DNA of 64,000 nucleotides from Thalia democratica (Eukaryota): NCBI GenBank assembly GCA_965202585.1, contig OZ241832.1, positions 33,542,001 to 33,606,000 of the forward strand, read 5' to 3'. Shown piece by piece: positions 25,548 to 37,760 of this stretch (position 1 is its first letter; each line of letters starts with the position of its first letter). The notes under the pieces were generated by a model. It saw only the letters and a program-made list of their open reading frames with translations, ran no database searches and was not told where the DNA came from. The position numbers and the translations under genes were made by a program.

Positions 25548-26499
25548 TGTTTTTAATATAACAAAAGTATCTATTAAGTCATATATATATTGAAACATTC
25601 ATGACTATTAATTGTGCACTAAGATAAACAAGAAACAAGTTTAAAATAAATTATATAAACTTTAAGCAATTCTCATCTAAAGAGTACAAAGCTAAAAAAA
25701 TTATCTCAAGTTTTGTATTTTGTTGATGAGAACTGCTCGAAATATATTTAGTTTCAAAACTTTGTTTATTTTATTTTACTGTAAGTTATATATTTTTTAT
25801 AAAAAAAAAGCATAGATAAGGTACATTTTAACTCAACGTTAAACTTTTATTATATTATAAAATTACGTTATACTTTTTGTATTTTAAATTTTTTAATATT
25901 TTGAATTATCAATATATCTGAAACTGTTCTTAGAACTTTAATGCAGTTTGCTCGATATTTTTTTTTACAAGAATACCAACATAATTTGTTTTCAAATGTT
26001 TAATAAATTATATAAATTAAACGATTATTACATCTAAGACTTCAAAGATACAATTATTTTCAGAAGTCTATATTACTTCAGTTTCTTATACTAAACGATA
26101 TCGTAGTTATGTAGTTTTTACTAAAATTATTCGACACTGCTAAAAAGCTGGTAAGTAATTTTTTTTAAAGTAACAGAACCGAAAACAATTTATAACTAAA
26201 ATCAAAAATGTCTGTATTCCGTACAAAAGTATATTAAGGAAGATGCAATCTTAATAATGTCAAATCTGCATTTTTTATGCTTACGGATTAAAAATGACCT
26301 TAAAAAGTTCAAAAAAAAGAAAAGTCAGCTTTTTTTGATAAGTTATGTATTTTGCATTGGTTTTTATTACTTAAAAACAGCTTTAAGTTAATGTTGAGAT
26401 TGAGAAAAATTTGACTCTTTTTTTAAAAGTTAATTTTTTAAAACAGACCAATAAAGTTTAATGAACTTCAACTTTGACTTCTACATTTGATTTAAGACT

Positions 26500-26900
26500 G
26501 AAACTTTCTCAGAATTCTAAATGGACTTGGTACAAAAGCAGAACCATTATCACTGTTCTGTTTGTACCTTCAGTATCATAAATTGATAAAATTTCAAACT
26601 TACAACTTATCGTAATAAAAGTCATACACCACTAAAAGCTTTGTTTTAAGTAATTTTAGAACTTCTTTAAAAATGCTAAATTGGAATCAAAGTTAAAAAA
26701 ATTTATCTTATCTTTACAATGGACAAGTATTGAAAAGTGCTTTTCATTTGGATGGAAAAGCATACCTAATAATATTTAGAGCTAAAAAACTTTACAAAAA
26801 TCTTCCTTGTCATAGCTTGTAAAACTGTACTTATAATATTGATTGGAGAAAAATCATTACGTTTAGGATTCTGTCATATTGTATTCTAAATTGTATATTT
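26500..26900 (-). pseudogene. Decayed retroviral-type (rve) integrase fragment; second copy at about 28040-28450
   Basis: Stop-riddled frames contain QNSDNGSAFVPSPFR and GYLRYKQHSDDGSAFVPSAFRIFL (cf. the integrase SDNG..F motif), plus LLVVYDFY and RYAFPSK*KT. Confidence 0.5.
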
Positions 26901-27254
26901 TAAAAACCTCACGTTAAACATTTAATATCATTTGAAAATTTACTGTCAGTTTTTTGCATAAAAATTCTGGTTTTAGAAATATTTTTAAATATTGCTATAC
27001 ATTACCTGAAGATTGATAAAATTTTAACACTTTTTAATAATTTTTTGAAAATTAAAACTAAACAACATTCTAAAAGTAACAACAAAAAATAACTAAACCA
27101 ATCATCAATTCACATGTTTTACCTTATTTACAAAATAATAAACTATAACTTCTAAATAAAACTAAAAGGTCCTTACACTCTGGGGTATTATAAGGAATGA
27201 CTAGATTGGTAACGAACTAAGCTATTGATAAGGAATAACGTTAAACTACTTTTT

Positions 27255-27267
27255 TGCTGACTCAGTA
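27255..27267. promoter_or_regulatory. Near-perfect T-MARE (Maf recognition element) with AT-rich 5' flank
   Basis: TTTTTTGCTGACTCAGTA; 12/13 match to TGCTGACTCAGCA; 1.7 kb upstream of the Maf ATG. Confidence 0.5.
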
Positions 27268-27804
27268 AATCCTTTTTTTTGACCTTTGATTGAACTCTAA
27301 TTTGCTTACGTATTAAAAATGACCTAAGAAGTTCAAAAAATATACATAGTTAGCATGCTCTTTTACATTGATTTATATCAAGAAGAAGTTTATAAAAGTA
27401 TTTGAAATCGTGTTTGTTATACTATATACATCAAAGAATTGGCAAAATTGAAGAGATGTCTAATCTTAAAAACGAAGGCTTAAAAATAATTATTTTTATT
27501 AATAACTTACTTTTATACTTGTTGATACTTAACGTATTAAAAATGACCTTAAAAAGTTCAAAAACAAGAAATACTAATAGATTGATTTTTTCTGAGGTAA
27601 TTTGTATGAGTAGAAAATTATAAAGGTACTGGAAATTGTTTTTGATATGCTAAAAGTAATCAAAATAAAAGAAAACTTTAAAGAAATGTTTATTCCTAAA
27701 GATGATAGTTTCAAAATAAACATTTTACAATACATTAACTCTATAGTTTATTATAAGACGGTAGGCTAAATTAAACAACTTGAATAAAAACGTCTCAGCA
27801 ATTT

Positions 27805-27915
27805 TGTCCTGGACAAGAAATAAAACTGTATCCGCGGTGTATGACTCGGTAATCGAAATGAATTTCGTACTCCAGGTCCTTAGACCAACTTTTTGGAGCG
27901 CTTTTATTTATTTCG
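27805..27915 (+). mobile_element. Short dispersed SINE-like repeat, copy 1 (second copy 29341-29450)
   Basis: Matches the family consensus gtcctggacaaga..gtatc..ggtgt(g/a)cgactcg.taaccgaaa.g..ttt.tgc.ccag..tag.accaa..ttttgagcg. Confidence 0.55.
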
Positions 27916-28792
27916 TTCAAAAAAACAATTGATACTGCGAAAGTATTTATAGGAATGTTCAGACTCGTTAGGAAATACATAAGTTGTAACTTTACATAGT
28001 AAAAAAATCTCGAATTTTGATCAACTCAATAAAAACGTTTAAAAAAATTCTAAATGCACTTGGTACAAAAGCAGAACCATCATCACTGTGCTGTTTATAC
28101 CTTAAGTATCCTAAATTGATAAAATTTCAAACTTATTACTCATCCTAATAAAAATTGTACATCACCAAAAGTTTTATTGTAAGTAATTTTAGAACTTCTT
28201 TAAAAATGCTAAATTGGAATCAAAGTTAAAAAAATTATCTTATCTTTACAATGACCAAGTATTGAAAAATGTTTTTCATTTGGATGGAAAAGCATACCTA
28301 ATAATATTTTAGAGCAGAAAAAATTTACTGCAACTTTTTGCCTGCAAGTTTAGAAAAACCTTCCTTGCCGTAGCTTGTAAAAAAGTATTTATAATATTGA
28401 TTGGAGAAAGATCATTAAGTTTAGGATGCTGTCATATTGTATTCTTAATTGTATATTTTAAAAATCTCAGATGAAACATTTAATATCATTTGAACATTTG
28501 CTGTCAGTTTTCTTTTGTATAACATTTCTGGTTTTAGAAGTATTTTTTGGTCATGCCATACATTGCCTGAAGAATAAAACAACTTCGATACTTTTTAATC
28601 ATTTTCTGAAACTTAAAATTATACAAAATTCTAAAAGTAACAACAAAAATAACTAAACCAATAATATTTTTGTATATTTCACCTTATTTAAAAATAATAA
28701 ACTACAACTTCTAAACAAAATTAAAAGATTCTTACACTCTGGAGTTTTAAAAGGAATGACTAGGTTGGTAAGGAAACAGCTTAAATACGTTT

Positions 28793-28805
28793 TGCTGACT
28801 CAGTA
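28793..28805. promoter_or_regulatory. Second T-MARE-like site (duplicated copy)
   Basis: TTTTGCTGACTCAGTA in the second duplication unit. Confidence 0.45.
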
Positions 28806-31449
28806 AACCCTTTTTTGACCTTTGATTGAACTCTAATTTGCTTACGTATTAAAAATGACCTAAAAAGTTCAAAAAATATACATAGTTAGCATGCTCTTTT
28901 AAATTGATTTATATCAAGAAGAAGTTTATAAAAGTATTTGAAATCGTATTTGTTATACTGTATACATCATAGCATAAGACAAAATTAAAGAAATGTCTAA
29001 TTTTAAAAACGAAGGCTTCAAAATAATTATTCTTTTTTATAACTTAGTTTTATACTAGTTGATACCTAACGTATTAAAAATGACCTTAAAAAGTTCAAAA
29101 ATAAATAATACTAATAGCTTGCTTTTCTAAGGTATTTTGTATCGAATAGAAAATTATAAAGGTAATGAAAATTTTTTTTGATGTGCTAAAAGTAATCAAA
29201 GTAAAAGAAAACTCTAAAGAAATGTTTATTCCTAAAGACGAAGGTTTCAAAATAAATATTTCACAATACATTAACTCTATAGTTTATTATAAGACAGTAG
29301 ACTAAATTAAACAACTTGAATAAAAACGTCTCAGCAATTTTGTCCTGGACAATGAATTAAACTGTATCCGCGGTGTATGACCTGGTAATCGAAATGATTT
29401 TTGTACTCCAGGTCCTTACACAAACTTTTTGAGCACTTTTATTTATGTCGTTCGAAAAACAATTGATACTGCGAAATTATCTATAGGAATGTTCAGACTC
29501 GTTAGGAAATACATAAGTTGTAACTTTGCTAAGTAAAAAAGTCTCGACTTTTGGTAAACTCAACTAAAGTTGCTTATAAAACTGACCTAAAAAAGTTTTA
29601 AAATTAGCTTATACTTTTAAAAGACTTAAAAAACTTATATCTAAAGATGACTTGATTTTTTTTTAAAGCAGCTTATAAATAAAAATGACCTAAAAAAATT
29701 TAAAAATAGTTCTTACATACTGCATATTTATAAACTATTTCCCTTAGAATATACTTCAAGTTATTTTAAATATTTCTACGTAAGGAAGCATATATAATTT
29801 TAAGAAGATAGGAAAAACACTATTTTAATGACCAAAGTTAAACAATTTTTGCTTGCTTTTAAAACTGTGACTGGAAAATATTCATAAGTCAAAATCGATC
29901 ATTACTTAGCTCCTAATCTTAGTATATAAATATTTATAACTAATAAATAAAGTTTCTGTTATACACAATTAAATGTTGAGAAAATACAGAGTTTCAAAAT
30001 ACTCAACTTTCAAGTCGTGCATATATTTAAAAAACACGTTTGTCGAATTCCCGCACATTTTATACATCTCAGATCACTGTGCCATCATCCACATAGAACA
30101 TCTTGAATTGTTATCTGACTAAATAAATCAGTTAAAGTTGATGATCTAATAAATGGTTATCGCATAAATGTATAAACAAACTAAAAAACTTGGACAAAAT
30201 AAAGATATCGGACCTGAAAATGCATGACAGTATTTAAGTTGATATATAATAATAAAAGAAATGCGCAGAAAAATATTAACCAGACACTCTTATTATTTTT
30301 TGAAATATAGAAAAATATTAACCAGCATTTCGACATTAATATTTTTATCTTTTAAAATTCGCACATAGAAAGCCAAGAACCTAGCGCATTTCAAGCTTAA
30401 AACCAGTTTTTATTCTGTTTACAAGAGAGGTTGTGCCAGTTGGCGCGAGACGAATTTAAGATTTTTATGTCTTTCGAAACTAAATAAAGTCGTCAAAAAA
30501 AAACTAAAAAAAGATAAGTCAGAAAAAAAAACTGATATATTATAATAAAAAAGCTTACAATTGCCAATTTTTTGATAAAGATGCACACTTATAAAATACT
30601 TAACTTTTTGATGCTAATAGTAGTATTGGAAGCACTCTAACTACTTTTTTTTTGCTTCTGAATGTTAGATAAATGTGAACTTTTTATGTAAAAATGTTCA
30701 ACAAAAAAAAATTAGTAGTCTATCGAGTACTTTTGATTACACGGTTAACAGAACGCCTTTAATTATAATCTACAAATTTAATAAATAAACGATGTCGTTA
30801 CAATTCTAAACATATGATAGAACTAGAAATATTTATCTTGAAATTTGATAGCGATGCCTAGCAGAAATTATTGTTGCTAGTTGAGAAAATTTTAAACAAA
30901 ATGTTAAGGCAAATCGTATTTCAACTGTTAAAAGAAACTTAGATAGGTTAGTTTTAGTATAAACTAAATAGAAAACACTGAAAAATTTCGTAAAACAAAA
31001 CCAAACTATAAGAAGTAATAATCAATATTTTTTTATAGTTTTTCATAGATTTAAAACTTTAGATGTTATCTACCACATAACTAGAGTTTTCTACTTTATT
31101 AATAACTTCCCAAGATATTCTAGTGATCAAGCTTAAATTTTGAATAAAAACATCTTTAAGTGTTGATTTAAATTTAAAGTTCGATAACATATTAAATTAT
31201 TAAAAAAATTGAAGTCAAGTTATTACAAAGTTTGTAAATTTAATATGTTGTTTGTTAATAAACAAAAAGCATAGTGAAAACATCCACACAATTTAGTATA
31301 TTTAGACCGCTTGCCAATCTTCAAAAACTTTTTGCACAGAAATTTTATGAAAAATAAATTCTGTTCACAGTAGAAGCAGACTAAAAAACAATCATTAAAT
31401 GAACTTTTTTTTTTTTTTATTTGAGTGTTTTAGTACATAACTAAAGTAT

Positions 31450-31465
31450 ATTCTATTTGAATAAG
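31450..31465 (+). other. Exact copy of the Ciona-type 16-nt spliced-leader sequence ATTCTATTTGAATAAG, not followed by a GT donor
   Basis: 16/16 match to the published Ciona intestinalis SL exon as I recall it. The next bases are atattaaac, so this is not an SL RNA gene. Confidence 0.55.
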
Positions 31466-34400
31466 ATATTAAACAACTGAAGATCTCGTTTTTTTAAACG
31501 AGTGAAACATTGTATTGTAATAAAATTTTCAAAATTTATCATTGAATCATTCTACTTTTTATAATTCGAGAACTTTGATTGCAACCTTTAAAGCAAAAAG
31601 TACGCATAAATAAAGTATTTTAATTTGTAAATTTATTTTTTTTAGTTTTTTCTGATAAGACCAACGAAAATAGCGTGATTTAATACTATTTTTTTCACCT
31701 CACTAAATTTCATTTGCACATTAAAATAACTTCTATGCACACCAATGCGTAATGAACACCACAGGTTCGCTCCGTGAAGGTTACTGGACAGAATGTTTTC
31801 ATGGTTTTGTTTTTAACGAAAACTTTTACTAGTTTTTTGTGCATGTATTTAGTTTTACAACCGATATTTTAAGAGATAACTACTACGTTATATTTGTCAA
31901 CAAAAAATAAATGTTCACGAGTTTATTTTCTTTGGAGTTTTGCTAAAAATTTATGTACATGCTTTATAACTATATCTTTGTAGATGTTTTACTTTAAAAC
32001 GCTTGTTGCATCATAAACTCCGAAATTAAAGACTTTAAAAAAAGAAAATTAAACTTGTTAAATAAAATAAAACGCTTGTTGGCAAATTTAACAAAAATTT
32101 TTAATTTGTAGTTTGCAGTTGTAAATTCGTTAAATGACTTTAGTAAGTTAAATTAAATGACGTTTTTTGTTTTTCTGATAAAGTTGCATTTAAATAACGA
32201 AAAATGCTTAAATAATCGATTGGTTCGTTAGTCGAATATGAAAACGTACTAATTTACAATGTGACAGCTAAAAATTTAATCTTTTGTTTATTATTCACCT
32301 ATAGTAGGTTAGATAAAAAATTGATAAAAGTAGAACAATTGATCTGTTTATTTTTTTGTTTGAAGTCTTAAAGATAAAATTGTTTTTAGTACAAAAAGTT
32401 ATATCAATGTCTTACAGCTCTCAAAACAAAATAAATTTAAAAATTAAGTTTATACTTGGCTTTTAGTATTGTAAATATCAATATTTAGAAAAAAATGGTA
32501 TCTTAGTATTAAAATATAGTTGGTAATAGTTGTTTTTAAGAAAATATTAAAACTCGCTTGTTAAACTATTTTATAAGTACACCGTTGCTTTTTACCTTTA
32601 GTTTTAAAACCAAAGCTTGTTAAGCTGGTAAAATAGTAAGTTAAACTTTGTAAACTTTATTAGTTTAAATGATTTAAATTTAAATATTAGTGTGTACGAG
32701 ATGATAATAAAACCACAACCTTTATAACATCAAAACTAAGCCAAGTAGTAAGTAAAAGTTTTGATCGGACTTCAAATGACTTCATAGATGACAACTTTTT
32801 ATTTTTTCACTAAACTGTAATTAAGTAAAAAAACGTTTTTATTTCATTTTTTGACTGAATACCCCAACATACGATTTGTTGACTTAAAGTTAATTTACGC
32901 TTATTACCAATTTTATTCAGTTGTTTTTAAAGAAAATCTAAAGTAAACTAAAACCAAAATGGTTAATTAAAGTATTTATTTAAGTTTCTGTAAAGGAATG
33001 CTGTTCCTTGTTTGACCTTGTTATTACTTTAAATCGCAACTTTTTTTCTCGTCCTATTTATATAAAGTCTATTAGAAAACAAAAAATAATTACGTTTGAA
33101 TTTGATTAAAATACTATTTTTGCTTTGTTTTGATCATGCTACTAACTATTGATATCAAGAAGTACTTAACCGACTACTTTAGGTGGATACTTCAAAGTAA
33201 AAAGCACAAAGCAACCTAATATTTAAAGTATAAAGTGTTTGATAAATAGTTATTTTTTGTAGTAAATTTTGATAAGTACGATATTTTATATAAAAGGAAA
33301 ATTGTTTATTAGCTTAACATTTTTTAATATTGATATACCTTAAAAAAAAATTGTTGAAATGTTTTTATTTACATGATATTTCATACAAAAAAGCTTTATA
33401 TATTTTTAAAATCTATTATAAAATAAACTTCACTTTGTAACTATGTAATTAACGAAAATAATTAACAGATTATATGTGCTTATTTTTATTAAGTTAGATT
33501 TTTTCTTAATCTAAATACTTCTCGGCGTAAAAGTATTTGCCCACACACGTATCTACGTCATTCCATTGTTTAATACAGTAATAAAAATAACAACAAAAGA
33601 CAAAAACTGTATATAGTTAAAGGTGTCAAAGTTTATATGGATATTATAGTTTCAAATCTATATATAAACCAAGTATTACAAAAAAAAGTTTATGTGAGAT
33701 AAAGAAAAGGAAAAATTAAAACTTACAGCAATTCTTTAGTAACTTCGAAATTTAGTTGCTTTATTTATAAATGTAGACCAGAAAATTAACTCTTTAAAAA
33801 ACAGTTTATTTCTTGGTCATAAGCTTACTAAAATTTGTTTAAGAGTGGTAATTAGCTTCTATAGGCAATATATATTCAATATTTATATGCTGTCTGTAAC
33901 AATGTAATTCAACAAGTATACTAAAATCAAAAATGAAATGGATATAAAATGTGTTTATATTAGTGTAAAGAAGTGAAACTATTTTGTTATTTACATTTTG
34001 ACGAAATTTTTTAAAGCTAAATATTTATATCGAATAAATAGATTAAAGTGAAGTGTTTTTAGGTATATATTTTACTCTATTATTTTTATAAAATTAACCA
34101 ATAAAATTCATTTTTGTTGTCATAAGTATAAAAACAGTATAAAGAATGCAGAATTAACAGTAGTAGTTATTAATACGAAATAATCCTTATAAAATAAAGT
34201 TTGAGATTATCTATCAATCTGTTTTTCTAATTTTAATCCTGAAGAACTGTTTCAACAAAGAAGCATTGTAGATCGAATAAAGAGATTGATCAAAATCATA
34301 TTATAAAGACTATTTGCTATCTTTTTTAAAGTAATTTTTCATTACTATAATTTAATGAGACTGTAATTTATGAAACAATAGTATAAAAGATTATATAAAA

Positions 34401-34765
34401 TTAAAACGTAAAAACAATGATATTTATAGATATAAAAACGTTCTTATAAGATTAAAATTTAAATTATTTAAAAAATTTATATTAAAGTTCTTTAACGTAA
34501 GTTTAGAATTTTAAGCTTTTAGTCCTCCTTTTATGGATTATGTTTCCTTAATAGTTATAAAAGGAGAATAAAATAATCAAATAAAAGATATTGTCAGAAC
34601 TATTACAACTAGTGATAAAAAGTAAAAAAAAAGTGTATATATATTTTTTTAACTTATTTAAGTAATTTACAGTATTTGGTAAGTTAATTTAGTTTAAGTA
34701 CTTCTAAACTTAATTTGGTATAATTTTGTCTACAGAATCATACAGCTATAAATAAAACAAAAAAT

Positions 34766-35624
34766 ATGAAATACATTTTAGTTGTGTTGTTCTTTTTGTT
34801 TCTTGTAAAATGTCATGCTAATACAGAAGGTTAGTTCTGTTACTTGAAATTTATTTACATGTATAAAAAAATTAAGTTTTATATGGAACAGCAATACTTT
34901 GCTAAATTCTAATGAAATTAAATTTGTTTTTATCTAATTTAAAAACTTTTTTCTTACATATTTGATAGTATAGCTAATGTGCTGTACAAAATAGTGTTGT
35001 TGATTATTTTAAAAATAAATAAGTTACAACTAGCTTTAACTTTTAAGGGTCTAAAACTTATAAGAATATTGGAACTGAACTCAAAAGAACAAAAAGGAGA
35101 ATAGTATGTATTTTATAACTAAAAGCACTTGCAATATACTAAATAAAACTAATACATATATATCATAACATTTTAATACTTTTTATAATGAAAAACTACA
35201 AAAATAGAACATACACATACTTAAGCATATAGTTTTTCTTGAGTAAGTTTTATTTATTTCTAGAAAACTGCTTCAATTTGTAAAAACATTAAAAAACAGG
35301 CACTTCAAAACAAATGTTCGCAAGTTTTCTTCAACTCTTACATGAAAAGATACTATTACTTTTGTGATGCTCTAAAAGACAAAAAACAAACATGCAAGAA
35401 GTGTAAGTTTAAAAGTAAAGTTTCAATTAAGAGTTATCTCTAATGTTTAAAAATATTGAAAATACAATTAATATAAACTAAAAATACTACATTTTTGTTT
35501 ACTTTTTTGGTTATAAAGTCGTAACTACATAGTTCTTTTTCTAAAGCGTTTATAAACTTTACAAGAATTTCAACTTTTCGTTTCTTCTTGTCTAGTTATG
35601 CACAAAATAATTAGATGTAATTAA
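34766..35624 (+). CDS. Small secreted cationic Cys-containing prepropeptide (about 95 aa)
   Basis: Phase-consistent exons 34766-34829, 35048-35103, 35264-35402, 35596-35624. Signal peptide MKYILVVLFFLFLVKCHA; propeptide ending KRTKRR; mature IKTASICKNIKKQALQNKCSQVFFNSYMKRYYYFCDALKDKKQTCKKFMHKIIRCN. The last exon is the least certain. Confidence 0.65.
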
Positions 35625-37299
35625 TACTATAAGTAACACGAAGTAGCCTCAGAAAGTACACATATTAGTTAGTTTTCGCTTGAAAAAAATATCTTTTTCA
35701 GACGGAAAGTGTTCCTGGCTATGCGCTTCACTCAGAAGAAGTGGATTTTGTAAAAAACCGTTCGACATGTTACGACTATTTAAATTAAATAGTCATTAGT
35801 TAAACTAACTTATCGCCTAAAATCAAAACACTGAAGTTTTTTGGTTGTTGCATTTTTGTTTAGCTTTACGTTTTTCAAATTATGCACAAATAGTAAACTT
35901 TCTTTTGTTTTTGTTATGCTTAAACACTTTTCTTAATTCTGTTTTATGTTTTCAATTTATAACTGGTATTTATTAAAACCACATTTAGATACATTAATTG
36001 TTCTGTTGTAATACAACTTTAACCTAGCAATCTTCCATTGACAACATTTCTGCTGAAGTTTTATTTAGTGTAAACGAAATACGTTTTAATAAAAAATAGT
36101 TTTCTTTCTTCTTACAAAAGCTGTCCCGTACTTTGATTTAAGAATGTAGTTTTAACAAATCATGTAATAAAAGTCTAAGATAATTGTAAAATTAGTAATT
36201 AAGAAACAGTATTGCTTTAAGTAAAATAATGAGCAAAAATAAAGCTATTTTTTTATATAAAATCATCAAATTTTCACTGAGTTTGAGTTACCACTAGTAG
36301 GTCTTCTGTTAGGTTTAGTATAAACGTAGTGAGTAATTACTTAAGTTGTTTTAGTACTATATCGATTTAAATTCTATGATTGATTGTTTACTACAAAAAG
36401 CCTTATTCAAATTTATTTTTGTATCGAAAGGCTTTAGGAACAAAAGATTTGTAAAAAAGAGCACAACTTTGAACCTATTCTATCAAAATTTATTTATAAC
36501 ACAAGTAGCTAAAATAAAAAAATCGGTTTGAAATATCTGACAAAATTATTGAGAAGTTTTTTTTTGATTTATTTTTGTATTGAGTAATCCAAACAAAATA
36601 ATACAGTGCTAAAAAACTTAAAATTTAATTAAAACAAAACATTTATAGTAACAAAAAACAAAGTAACACCAATTAAAAATTTTAAGTTTTAGTTACCAAA
36701 TTTAATTCTTTTTTTAGTTTTTGAATTATATTTTACTGAAGTTAACTATTGTTAAAAACTCTGTTATTTAAGACTTAATTAACAAACAAAGAAAACCTTA
36801 TGAGTATTTAAAGTAGTTTAAATTTACTCTTAATTTCAGATACTTATTTTGCCAGGTTTTAACAACTTAAGTTTTCTAGCATACCAATATAATCAACTAA
36901 ATTGAAAAAAAAAGAGTTTGTTCAATGTCTAATATAAGTATACAAATTTCTAAGTTATAATGATAATATCTGACCAAATTAACTATTTATTTATTGAGTA
37001 ATTGAACAATTCTTTTTCAGTAATCAACAGACCGCAGTATTTTTTTTTTAATTTAGGAGCTTGTGTCCATACACCTTTTTGAAAATTATTCTAACTAAAA
37101 AGTAAAGTGTCAAAAGAAACTTCTAGTGTCTAAATTTATTTTGTGTTTATTTGTTTTTATTAAAAAGTTTTCATTCTTTGTTTAATCTTCCTGTACCATT
37201 ATAGACCAAAAGTAAAATATGAAGATGTAAACTACTGTAAACAACTTTTTACTAATTAGATTAAAACTATTTGAACTAATAAAATTGTTTATTAAACAA

Positions 37300-37410
37300 C
37301 AACGAAAAAAAACGCTCAAAATGTTTGGTCCTAGAATCTGGTGCACAAAGAACCTTTCGGTTATCGAGTCGCACACCACTGATACCTTTCGACGTCTTGT
37401 CCAGGACTAC
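37300..37410 (-). mobile_element. SINE-like repeat copy
   Basis: Reverse complement reads gtcctggacaagacgtcgaaaggtatcagtggtgtgcgactcgataaccgaaaggttctttgtgcaccagattctaggaccaaacattttgagcg. Confidence 0.6.
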
Positions 37411-37432
37411 TGAAAAGTTAAACTACACATTA

Positions 37433-37760
37433 CGGGTAGGCAAGGTACGGCCAACAAAATTCTCTGGCCCGCGACGTCTTGACTTTTAGTTTCAGAGTGA
37501 CTTGTGTAATCATAATGAAATTGAGCTTTTTAATAACAAATGTTTCGAAACTTTCTCATAGTTTGTTTTCAGTTAAAATAAGTCTTTATCGAATGAATAC
37601 TACGCAGCAGTTTTGATTATTTAGAGACGATTCTAATTTTTGTAGTATTGTTTTCTTAGTTAGACAGCCCCCTAATTTTTTTTCCAGTAACACCTGCCCG
37701 CGAGCTAATTATTTTGATTACTGAATGGCCCACCGACTAGAAAAGTTGGTCAACCCTTGA
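37433..37760. mobile_element. Degenerate hAT-type MITE
   Basis: Left gggtaggcaaggtacggcc, right aaaagttggtcaacccttg; internal ggcccgcg and gcccgcga motifs typical of CAGGGGT-TIR hAT MITEs. Confidence 0.5.

Larger units (their letters stand above)
26515..29575. repeat. Head-to-tail tandem duplication, two diverged ~1.53-kb units (about 26515-28040 and 28045-29575)
   Basis: Collinear anchors offset by about 1532-1536 bp (tggtacaaaagcagaacc at 26529/28061; gtcctggacaa at 27807/29343), with many substitutions and indels. Confidence 0.9.

Noticed and set aside
20303-28656. Short AT-rich ORFs at 20303, 24339, 27402, 27795 and 28471
   Set aside because: Compositionally random F/L/I/K/N-rich frames; some lie inside repeats; no splice or phase support.
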